Both the position numbers and the translations under genes were made by a program. From a virus (lineage: Duplodnaviria; Caudoviricetes): a DNA stretch of 25,264 nt. Positions within the stretch are counted from its first letter, which is position 1; every line of letters begins with the position of its first letter. The stretch is from the IMG/VR virus record IMGVR_UViG_3300014202_000463, positions 1-25,264 of that record; one strand, written 5' to 3'. The notes beneath the pieces are model-generated. The model made no database searches, had not been told where the DNA came from, and saw only the letters and a list, made by a program, of their open reading frames with translations. Shown here piece after piece: positions 1-7,963 of this stretch.

Positions 1-107
1 GCCAAAATGTGTACCTCCTAGTGGTAAAGTCGAATTCCTCCCATGAGGCAATCCAAGCCTACTCACCAGGCTCCACCGACTGATTGCTGCTGTTAGCGCA
101 GCGGCAA

Positions 108-374
108 TCAGCGCTCTGCTTTTTCATCTGACTGAATGCAGCCCGCAATCACCGCCTCAAGTTGCGCCTCGTAGGGTCGCCCTCGGAGCCAGTCCCGCGC
201 CAGCGCCAGGACGATCTCTCCATCGGTTGCCGCCGGCGCCAGCTGGTCAAACTCGTAGGCCGGACGCTGCGGCATCGACTTTACACATGGCGCAAAGACG
301 GGAACTTCGACAAGCTGCGGCGCTGGCGACACGCTGGCGCAGCCGGCCAGCACCACTACAAGCATCCATTTCAT
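108..374 (-). CDS. Outer-membrane spanin (o-spanin, Rz1-like lipoprotein)
   Basis: Short signal peptide with lipobox VLAG|C, Pro-rich periplasmic part and extra Cys residues. Follows the i-spanin with a 4-nt ATGA overlap. Confidence 0.8.
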   Translation of the reverse strand: MKWMLVVVLAGCASVSPAPQLVEVPVFAPCVKSMPQRPAYEFDQLAPAATDGEIVLALARDWLRGRPYEAQLEAVIAGCIQSDEKAER

Positions 375-766
375 CGCATGCCCTCCAGCAACAGCCTGAC
401 GGTCGGCATAGCCTCGTCGCAGGTCGCGCCGCGCGCGCCAGCAACCTTCGCCAAGGCCGCGTCGTACTTCTTACCCTTAGTAGCGGCCGCCGCCTGCGCC
501 GCCGCACCCCGCTCTTGGGCCGCCAAGGTCGCCTTGGCCATGCCATCGATGGCGCGGTTTTGCTCGCTGATCGACGCACGCAGCGCCGCGCTGACACCCT
601 GTTCTTGCTCGAGCGCAGCGCGCGCGGCGCCACGGTCGCATGTAGCCAGCCACCAGCCGGTCCCAGTAGAGCTGGTCACCACCAGCAGCATGGCGGCCAG
701 CAGGATTGCCGTCAATTTCCAGATGCCGCTGACGGCGCCTGCCGCCAACGTGCCCAGGGCACTCAC
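371..766 (-). CDS. Inner-membrane spanin (i-spanin, Rz-like)
   Basis: N-terminal hydrophobic TM segment (LTAILLAAMLLVV) followed by an Ala/Gln-rich coiled coil; directly after the endolysin. Confidence 0.8.
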   Translation of the reverse strand: MSALGTLAAGAVSGIWKLTAILLAAMLLVVTSSTGTGWWLATCDRGAARAALEQEQGVSAALRASISEQNRAIDGMAKATLAAQERGAAAQAAAATKGKKYDAALAKVAGARGATCDEAMPTVRLLLEGMR

Positions 767-1227
767 GGCCGCCCCCGCAGGATTCCAGCCCGCGTGCCGT
801 AGCGGTCAATGGTGATAATGCGGTTGATCGGCTTAGCCACCATTTTCGTGCTGACGTGCACCCAGGTCAGTTCGTTGATGATCTGTCCGATGCCGAACTC
901 GTCCAATTTCGGCAGCAGCGCTTGGCATACCTGGTAAGGCGTCATGCCCCGCGCTTTGAAATCAGCCGCCATGCCGCGCACGTGATCACTGCCGTCGCTG
1001 CTGCCCACGCCACGATTGACTGGAATCGAGCGATACCCGCTGATGTCCGACATAGGCGTGTCGATCCCGGCGCAGACGGTCAGGTAATTGCGGATGCGCT
1101 GCAGCAGCTCGGCCGTGCGCCGCAGCTCGGCCAGCACGGCAGCCGGGGGCGTATTGTCAACGCCATGGCGCACGGCCCAGTTCGAGTCTGTCAGTTCCTT
1201 CAGTGTGAAATTCTTGGTCAATTGCAT
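763..1227 (-). CDS. Endolysin, Zn-dependent peptidase M15A family (154 aa; start corrected from ORF 763..1500)
   Basis: MQLTKNFTLKEL start; motifs SGYRS, S-x-H-x2-G-x-AAD and WVHVS. GGAAGG lies upstream of the ATG at 1227, and the longer ORF would overlap two other genes. Confidence 0.9.
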   Translation of the reverse strand: MQLTKNFTLKELTDSNWAVRHGVDNTPPAAVLAELRRTAELLQRIRNYLTVCAGIDTPMSDISGYRSIPVNRGVGSSDGSDHVRGMAADFKARGMTPYQVCQALLPKLDEFGIGQIINELTWVHVSTKMVAKPINRIITIDRYGTRAGILRGRP

Positions 1228-1469
1228 GATGAACCTTCCAAGAAAATAGTGCGACGATCCGCGCAAACCAGCGCTGCCACCCCAAAATGGAACAGCACCT
1301 CTGGCCAAGCGGGTGTTCGCCCGAACAACAGGACAGCTGCGGCTCCAACAGTCAGCAAAATCCACGTGAGGCGCATGGCAAAACAGGTCTTCGGACACAT
1401 GGCGTTCAATGCCACAAACAGGCCTCGCAGCAGCACGATGCCGGCGGCAATCATATCGAGGAACATCAT
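1218..1469 (-). CDS. Small membrane protein, putative holin/antiholin
   Basis: 83 aa with about three hydrophobic segments; overlaps both the upstream holin (ATGA) and the endolysin start. Confidence 0.65.
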   Translation of the reverse strand: MMFLDMIAAGIVLLRGLFVALNAMCPKTCFAMRLTWILLTVGAAAVLLFGRTPAWPEVLFHFGVAALVCADRRTIFLEGSSCN

Positions 1470-1828
1470 TGCGGATCTCCTTTTTTGCGCAGCCAGGCAA
1501 AGGCCACAGGAATCATGACTTGTGCACCCAACCCCAGGCCGGCCGCCGTCGAGAGCCGGATAGCCTCACCAGCACCGGCGAGCCACGGAAAATAGTTCAC
1601 AGCGGCCACGGCGGCGACTGGAGCAAACCAGCCGCCAACCAGCGAGGAGCCGATAACGCTGCCGGCGATCTTTGGGCCTGACATTGGAGGCAAATAGGAT
1701 AGGGAAACAAGGCCGCCGAACAGGCCGGCCAGTAAAGCGTCATATTGGACGCCGATGATCGAACCGGTCAGGGTGATGGTTCCGGCGGCGATAGCGATAC
1801 CAACTGTGGAAGATGCGGGTTCTGGCAT
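1466..1828 (-). CDS. Putative holin (120 aa; start corrected to ATG 1828)
   Basis: Several Gly/Ala-rich TM segments and a basic C-tail (WLRKKGDPQ). First gene of the lysis cassette, with GAAAGGG before MPEPASS. Confidence 0.75.
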   Translation of the reverse strand: MPEPASSTVGIAIAAGTITLTGSIIGVQYDALLAGLFGGLVSLSYLPPMSGPKIAGSVIGSSLVGGWFAPVAAVAAVNYFPWLAGAGEAIRLSTAAGLGLGAQVMIPVAFAWLRKKGDPQ

Positions 1829-1852
1829 AAGACCCTTTCGATTAAGTAAACG

Positions 1853-1878
1853 AAAAAGGCCGCCCACTACGGCGGCCT
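1853..1878 (-). terminator. Intrinsic terminator-like hairpin between tailspike and holin
   Basis: AGGCCGCC-N6-GGCGGCCT stem followed by a T run on the minus strand. Confidence 0.7.
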
Positions 1879-1903
1879 CTGATAAAAATTGCATCTTTAA
1901 AAT

Positions 1904-3811
1904 CTAAAAGGCATCGCAGGTAAGATGCATGCTGGTACCAGCGATCAAAACCGTCGCCGTGATTTTCAAGCCTGATATGGATACCGAAAACTCCGTATCC
2001 GCTCCAATTTGATATGGAGAACCGGTCTCTTGAACTATCACGCCTTTGTTGTTACTGAATTCCATGCGGTATCGCTGACTCAGCGCAACGCCGGGGTGCG
2101 TTGCGAATAAAGTGAAACGTCCAGCCATCCCATCAGGAAGTGTGTAGGTCGCTAATGTGGAACCAGATGGCAAGTTATAGAAACTCAGGCGATCACGCAC
2201 TTCAGTTCGTCCAAGGTGATCTTTTGCACGAAACGCTGGTGCGCCAATTGCCCCACCCAGAATACACGACGGGGAAACAAGATCTCCTCGCGTTGGGCTT
2301 ACAAACCACGTCTCCACAGGCGATGGTGCCCCATAACCGTCAACCGGCCCGGTATTCGTTTTGACGGAAAATGGCTTTGTTACTACATCCCAGTGCGGTG
2401 GATAAATATCAACGACGGCGCCAGGCATGTCTGGTCCGAAAACAACGGCAGATGGCCCTGGCAAATTAATGCCAAAATGGCCCGTCATACGTGGCTGGTG
2501 TGCAGACTGAATACCTTGTTGACCAAGCTGTGATGTCAAGTCAGCATTGCCACGATGATAGGAACCACCGATCCCTAGCAAGTTTGGATGATTATTTTGA
2601 CCGGGGTTAAATACCAGTCCTTCCGCTGCCACCATTGATCCCGTTTTAAGGAACGCCGCTTCAAGGGTCTCAAACCAGTAGAACTCTGCGTCAATGACCG
2701 GTACCGAATAAACAGCCGCGAGACAGCGAATTGCTTGGTTACCGCGAAGGTAACGCTTGCTCACCGAAAGTGTCACACCATTTTTCAGAAAATCACCCAC
2801 TGCATAGCCCTGTGTTGCTGGCGGCTGTAGTTGATCCGGCCCAACAGGTGCAGGAATTGCAGTAGGGTAGACTTGGGAAAGTCCGGCACCCAGGCTATTA
2901 AGCGCAGGAACACTATTAACAGCGGGATGCGGTGACGTAGTCAACAAAACATCGGAACCTATCACGTTCTTTAAGCGTAGCAATATCCTGCCGAGGGTAA
3001 CCTGGAAACCCTGAAATCCTTGTCCAGAGTTGTATTGCGCCGTCGCAAAATCATTCATTCCAGGAATCAAGTAGACAAGATGAGGAACAAAACCCTCTGC
3101 CTCCATGACAGAGATGGAACCACCTAGCCCGATCCAGTCAGATACGACCGAACCGTCAACGGAATAATTGCGAACTTCAAACGACAACATTCCCGAGGGA
3201 TCGACAGCCTGCTTTAGACGATTGACAAAATCATTCCCAGGCGCTTGGCTGCCAGGATTGGGCAAGGTTGGCCCATTGCCAAGGGATGAAGCATGAATGG
3301 CAATCTTGATTGGGCCCTGCGCCGGATCACCAAGGCGATATTTTCGGATGGCATCGAAAAGGCGCGGAAATGAACTTGCGTCGATCCGGCCATTTCTCGA
3401 CGCCATGCGATCCAGCTCTTTCTTCACCGTATCAACTTCCAGCGTCTGGCGGTTGGTATGCCCCATCTTGGCGGAAGCTGATTCTGCAGCCAGTGCCTCG
3501 ATAGTCAGCCCTTGGTGCAACGCAATGCGCGCAGCAGCCAAGTCAACTGCCACGCTTGTAGATACATGCGCCACAAGGACGACATAAGCCATACCTGCAA
3601 ACGCGTAAATATCCTTCATTGCATATGCAGTACCCACACGGAACTCCCCGCGAGGAACAAATGCCCTGAGCGTGTCAATTGCTCCGGCCATGGTCATTTT
3701 GTCATGTCCAAAACGATCCTTTATCACACGCGCGGAAGAATTAACGAGATCTGCAACATGATCCAGATCCAACTTTCCATTTTCCAAATTCTTAATTGTT
3801 AAAGCAACCAT
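1904..3811 (-). CDS. Tailspike/receptor-binding protein with SGNH/GDSL-like hydrolase domain
   Basis: Tailspike-like N-terminal anchor (LDHVADLVNS...DRFG) and SGNH-like blocks IAIHASSLG, NYSVDGS, PGMND, NNHPN. Sits right after J and is visibly lower in GC than the backbone. Confidence 0.75.
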   Translation of the reverse strand: MVALTIKNLENGKLDLDHVADLVNSSARVIKDRFGHDKMTMAGAIDTLRAFVPRGEFRVGTAYAMKDIYAFAGMAYVVLVAHVSTSVAVDLAAARIALHQGLTIEALAAESASAKMGHTNRQTLEVDTVKKELDRMASRNGRIDASSFPRLFDAIRKYRLGDPAQGPIKIAIHASSLGNGPTLPNPGSQAPGNDFVNRLKQAVDPSGMLSFEVRNYSVDGSVVSDWIGLGGSISVMEAEGFVPHLVYLIPGMNDFATAQYNSGQGFQGFQVTLGRILLRLKNVIGSDVLLTTSPHPAVNSVPALNSLGAGLSQVYPTAIPAPVGPDQLQPPATQGYAVGDFLKNGVTLSVSKRYLRGNQAIRCLAAVYSVPVIDAEFYWFETLEAAFLKTGSMVAAEGLVFNPGQNNHPNLLGIGGSYHRGNADLTSQLGQQGIQSAHQPRMTGHFGINLPGPSAVVFGPDMPGAVVDIYPPHWDVVTKPFSVKTNTGPVDGYGAPSPVETWFVSPTRGDLVSPSCILGGAIGAPAFRAKDHLGRTEVRDRLSFYNLPSGSTLATYTLPDGMAGRFTLFATHPGVALSQRYRMEFSNNKGVIVQETGSPYQIGADTEFSVSISGLKITATVLIAGTSMHLTCDAF

Positions 3812-3868
3812 ACGAGTTGTCCTTGCTTTTAAATCTTGCCTTTAGGCATTCGGGATATTTGTCATCCA

Positions 3869-6601
3869 TTAGCTGATGACGGCTGCCTTTTCAGGTATCG
3901 GTTCGTGATCCATTGCGTAATACTCCGATGAGTAATTAATCGCCCTTATCGTCGGATACTGCGCATCTGACAGGTCAATCTCCTGCACCAGGTAAGCCAT
4001 GGCGCCGCGAGCGCTGTCAGCGGCAAAGCTGTAGATAGTGCGGATGCCATCGCGGCCATACGCCGTTACCAGAACCTCACCAGGCAGGGCCTGCAACACC
4101 ACCCTGTTGGCTGCGCTACCGGCGTGACATACGATGCTTTCCAGACTACCGTCGCGCCGCATCAGCACGATGCTATGCGACAGGCCGGGCGTAAATGCCA
4201 CGTCCTGGCTCAATGTCAGCTCCAGGCCGGCCTGCCCTACCACCTCACCGTCATACGATTTGAATCGCGTGTTATCGACGATGTCGACGCGGGCATTAGG
4301 CAGCAGGGCGCGCGCATCGCTGGTGGTGCTGGTTTCAATGGTGATGCGCTGGCCAAGCAGCTTCTGGTACTCGCGGTTAGCCCGCAGCCAGGCCTGCGCG
4401 AAGCTACGGATGCCGGGGATCTCGAATTTCTTGGCCTTGGTGTGGCTGCCGTCAAGCGGCAAGGTGATCGTTTCCGACTGCAGGGAGTCCGGGTCGACGT
4501 ACACGAATTCGACGCCGTCATAGTCGGCATCATTGGCAAATGCCCTGGTGATCGTCTCCGAGCGCGGCTTCTTGTTGCGATGCGTGAACAACGCAGTGCT
4601 GGCAGGCTGGGCGCGGTCAAGCGCCAGGCGGATCTTGCCGCTTTGCCGGTATGCAATGCAAAAACCCGCATTGGCGATCATGATCACCGTCTCCTCGAAA
4701 CTGGTGTTGTCCGAGTCAAAGGTGAAATTGAACTGCCCTACATCGGGCCGCCATGCATCGAGCTGCTGCTGTACAGCCCAAATCTGCCGCATGTCCACCT
4801 CGCTGGCCAGGTCGCGCCGGCCGATCAGCGGGTCAACCGCCACTGCCGCAATGATGTCGACCAGGCGCGAGGTGGCGGCGATACTGCCGGCCACGTGACG
4901 CCCGTCCGCATCGAAAGCGCCCGAGAACCCTGCACCGTCATAGATCGGCAAGCGACGCGATGCCAGGCAGTTCAACTGCCGCGTCTTCATCGTGGTGGCC
5001 CGCAGCGTTGCCTGAGTAATCGTGTGCACCGTCGTCTTGTTGCCAAATTCGGCCCTGTCGACCGGCGAAACGGCGTACACGTCTTGCCACTTGATCTCAT
5101 CAACGATGGTGCCCTTGAATGCATAGTCATACTGGCTTAAGCGCCGCATGCGCACCCTGGCCGGACCGACCCAGGCCGTGCGCCGTTCGATCGTCTCGGC
5201 GCGTTCGTCCTGCACGGCCCCTCGCAAGCTGCCCGAAACGACTTCCACGGTGCCGGTGGGAACCAGGGCGGCCGTCAGCTTCTCGATCTCGATAGCAAAC
5301 GTTACCGTCGCCGCCGTCTTGCCGCCATCGTCGCGAAACATGCCGGTCGGCGCCACTACGTTGCACCATACCTCGGTGCGGTCCTTGCCCGGCAGCGTTA
5401 CCCAGTCCGTGTAATCGCTCACGTCGGCCAGCTGTACGCGCGCACCGCTGGTAGTGTAGTCGGCTGGCCAGGCAGCACCCAGCAGCTCGACATAGCCGTC
5501 ATCGACGGCGCCGATCTCATAGCTGCCGCTATAGTCGCGCACCGCCGCAAAACTGGCAGTGGTCGATTCTTCGTCGACCACTACTCCGGCCACAACCAGT
5601 GTAGTCGGGTTAGGTTTTGCCGTCACTGTACGCGGGCCATTGTTGGAGGTGGTACCGCCCACCGTTACCACGTCGCCGACGGCAATCGCGGCAAACAACG
5701 TCGCGCCAGATGTATCGACTATCGCCTTCGTGGCAGCAGCAAAGCTTGCCGCACCCACGGTCGTCACAACCTTCGCCGCGCCGCTGATTGTCAGTACGTC
5801 GCCCAACGCCGCCACTGCATTGAAGTTGGGCTCCTTTTTCAGTTGCGTCAGCCGGTTGCCATGGTCAAACGTGTAGATGCCGGTGGCCGGCAGCTGCACC
5901 TGGTTCAGCGCCTTGAGCGTAATGCCATCGACTTCGATTGCGCGCCGAGCCGAGACAATGCCATCGATGATTGCATCACCGATCTGCAGTACTGGGGTAC
6001 CGCTATTGGGCGAGGTGAACGGGTCATAAAATGCCGCACTGGCGCCACGAATGTCGGCAATCAGCGTGTCGCCATCCTGTACCTCGTCGATGTCGTAATA
6101 GCCGCGCCCCACGCAGTAATAGCCATACTCGAATTTGCGGTGGCCGATGTATTTGGTATAGGTAGGCATCATCAGCGACGGGATCGACAGCACCGTGCCG
6201 TAGATATCTTCCACCCGCTCCAGCAACCGCACCTTGTTCTCGCGCTGGCCCAGCGAGTTATTCGGGCTTTGCTGAGTGCGGTTGACGTTGCCGGGCATGA
6301 CCGGCTTCGGCATCAGCACCATAGCAGCCACCGCCATGACCGCCGCGATCACATATGGTATCCAGGCGGCGGGAACGCCTGGCGACTGAAGCACCACATA
6401 CTCATCGCAATCGTTGGCCAGGATCGCCCCAGCATCGTGGCTGATCTCCGTCGCACTCGACGGCTCGCCGGCGAAGATCTGTACGGTCACTCGCGGCGCA
6501 TCGCCGTAATGGTCCAGCAGCCAGTGCGCAAGGCTCTCGGCCTCGAACAGCAGCGGCGCCACAGGCGCGAACGGCGATTCAAACAAGCGAATGCGCGTCA
6601 T
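3869..6601 (-). CDS. Tail tip/host-specificity protein (gpJ/TipJ-like)
   Basis: 910 aa, follows the NlpC/P60 gene; motif QQSPNNSLGQRENKVRLLERVEDIYGTV typical of T1/lambdoid tip proteins; beta-rich. Confidence 0.85.
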   Translation of the reverse strand: MTRIRLFESPFAPVAPLLFEAESLAHWLLDHYGDAPRVTVQIFAGEPSSATEISHDAGAILANDCDEYVVLQSPGVPAAWIPYVIAAVMAVAAMVLMPKPVMPGNVNRTQQSPNNSLGQRENKVRLLERVEDIYGTVLSIPSLMMPTYTKYIGHRKFEYGYYCVGRGYYDIDEVQDGDTLIADIRGASAAFYDPFTSPNSGTPVLQIGDAIIDGIVSARRAIEVDGITLKALNQVQLPATGIYTFDHGNRLTQLKKEPNFNAVAALGDVLTISGAAKVVTTVGAASFAAATKAIVDTSGATLFAAIAVGDVVTVGGTTSNNGPRTVTAKPNPTTLVVAGVVVDEESTTASFAAVRDYSGSYEIGAVDDGYVELLGAAWPADYTTSGARVQLADVSDYTDWVTLPGKDRTEVWCNVVAPTGMFRDDGGKTAATVTFAIEIEKLTAALVPTGTVEVVSGSLRGAVQDERAETIERRTAWVGPARVRMRRLSQYDYAFKGTIVDEIKWQDVYAVSPVDRAEFGNKTTVHTITQATLRATTMKTRQLNCLASRRLPIYDGAGFSGAFDADGRHVAGSIAATSRLVDIIAAVAVDPLIGRRDLASEVDMRQIWAVQQQLDAWRPDVGQFNFTFDSDNTSFEETVIMIANAGFCIAYRQSGKIRLALDRAQPASTALFTHRNKKPRSETITRAFANDADYDGVEFVYVDPDSLQSETITLPLDGSHTKAKKFEIPGIRSFAQAWLRANREYQKLLGQRITIETSTTSDARALLPNARVDIVDNTRFKSYDGEVVGQAGLELTLSQDVAFTPGLSHSIVLMRRDGSLESIVCHAGSAANRVVLQALPGEVLVTAYGRDGIRTIYSFAADSARGAMAYLVQEIDLSDAQYPTIRAINYSSEYYAMDHEPIPEKAAVIS

Positions 6602-6966
6602 GTTTTGGCCCAGTACTCGATCAGCGGATAGGCGTCACCGATCACCGATAGCTCCTCGTAGCGGTTGCCGTCGGCCATGGCATGCAGCACCCTGCCCTCG
6701 TAAAACACGCCACAGTGATGCAGTCCCATGGACTGGGACTTACCCATCAGCACGATGCAGAAATTGCCTGGTACGTCGATCTGGGCGAATCCTGCCGGCG
6801 ATTTATGCAGGGCGATGCGAAACGCGCTGGAAATCGCCCGGATCGAGCTGTTGATGGTGCGGTAATCGGTCACCGTCTGCTGCAGTTCTCTGGCATACAC
6901 ATCGGCCACCAGCTGCCAACATGGCGGCGCATCGTACTGGCGCGCCAAGTAATCATTGACGTTCAT
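6598..6966 (-). CDS. Tail assembly protein, NlpC/P60 family (gpK-like)
   Basis: CWQLVADVY ... HCGVF ... VLHA catalytic Cys/His/His pattern; tail-tip position. Confidence 0.85.
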   Translation of the reverse strand: MNVNDYLARQYDAPPCWQLVADVYARELQQTVTDYRTINSSIRAISSAFRIALHKSPAGFAQIDVPGNFCIVLMGKSQSMGLHHCGVFYEGRVLHAMADGNRYEELSVIGDAYPLIEYWAKT

Positions 6967-7478
6967 AAAAATCCTCTCAGCATGGGAATTTCGCGCGGCA
7001 CATACAGCTCGCCGGTGCGGGTTACGTTCAGCCTCGGCGAGACGGCGCTGATGCCGGCCGCGCCCAGCATGTAGGTGATGCTCTCGGCCTGCAGCACGGC
7101 AACCGCCTGCGGCGCGCGCAGGTCGTCGCTCAGGTACTCGCGGTACACCACGCGCACCTTTTCTGTCGTGGCCAGCGGCACGCGGTCCATCTCGGCCTGG
7201 AACTGGTCATGCTCGGCCGCTTCGACCAGACCCAGGCGAATATCAAACTTCTGATCGAGGTGGCCCTGGCTGCCAGCGAGCTTGGTCTCAATATTGCAGG
7301 GCTGCATGGTGACGACGCTGCCGTCCTCAGTGGTCACCTGGCCGGCGTAAGGCTCACGCCACAAATAAAAAGCCCGGCTCATGGCCGGGTGACTGATCTG
7401 TATCGTCTGGATAGGCCAGACTGCCTGCGGCGCCGATGCCAGGAAGCGCCGCAAGCGGCTCCCTATGTCTATACTCAT
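6963..7478 (-). CDS. Minor tail-tip protein (DUF1833-like, gpL position)
   Basis: IQTIQISHP and YREYLSDDL motifs; lies between the distal-tail-like gene and NlpC/P60. Confidence 0.7.
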   Translation of the reverse strand: MSIDIGSRLRRFLASAPQAVWPIQTIQISHPAMSRAFYLWREPYAGQVTTEDGSVVTMQPCNIETKLAGSQGHLDQKFDIRLGLVEAAEHDQFQAEMDRVPLATTEKVRVVYREYLSDDLRAPQAVAVLQAESITYMLGAAGISAVSPRLNVTRTGELYVPREIPMLRGFL

Positions 7479-7963
7479 CAGAAATCCAATACGTTGGTGT
7501 CGACGTTAGCGAACTGGGCCAGGCGATGAAGCAGCTTGTTCGAGTCGTCACCGTAGGTCGAGTAGACATCGATCAGCGCTGCAGCGTCCACTGCAGTCAT
7601 GTCGTAGACCTTGCTCTCGGCCTCAACGACAAAAGCGACCACCATGGCGGTACCGCCAGTACGGCTGGCCGAGTACGTCCCCGGCACGATATTGACGGCA
7701 TGCGCCTCGGTGCCAAAACCGCTATCGAGCGGCATGTCGAAGGTGATCGCGCCCTTCAAAATGATGTGGTGAAAAAAAGCTATCCAGACGGAAAATTTCA
7801 GTTTATCCAATACCAGCGTCACGTTAAATTGCTGCGTGCCCCGGCCATAATCCAGGCCGTAGCGCGCAGCACCGCCTGAGACCTCGGTGCGCATCACGCC
7901 GCCCGGTCCGCCGTGCGAATATGCGGCGACCGTGGGCGTCAATCCTGTTGGTAGTGTCGGCAT
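7478..7963 (-). CDS. Distal tail protein (gpM-like)
   Basis: 161 aa directly after TMP; VMRTEVSGGAAR and G-x3-F-x-M-x-LDSG patterns. Confidence 0.7.
   Translation of the reverse strand: MPTLPTGLTPTVAAYSHGGPGGVMRTEVSGGAARYGLDYGRGTQQFNVTLVLDKLKFSVWIAFFHHIILKGAITFDMPLDSGFGTEAHAVNIVPGTYSASRTGGTAMVVAFVVEAESKVYDMTAVDAAALIDVYSTYGDDSNKLLHRLAQFANVDTNVLDF

Noticed and set aside
1228-1500. N-terminal extension of the endolysin in the 245-aa ORF call
   Set aside because: It overlaps two membrane-protein genes, and the SD and family start point to ATG 1227.
1904-6601. Diversity-generating retroelement or invertible tail-fibre cassette
   Set aside because: No reverse transcriptase, invertase, TR/VR repeat pair or flanking inverted repeats were seen in the window.
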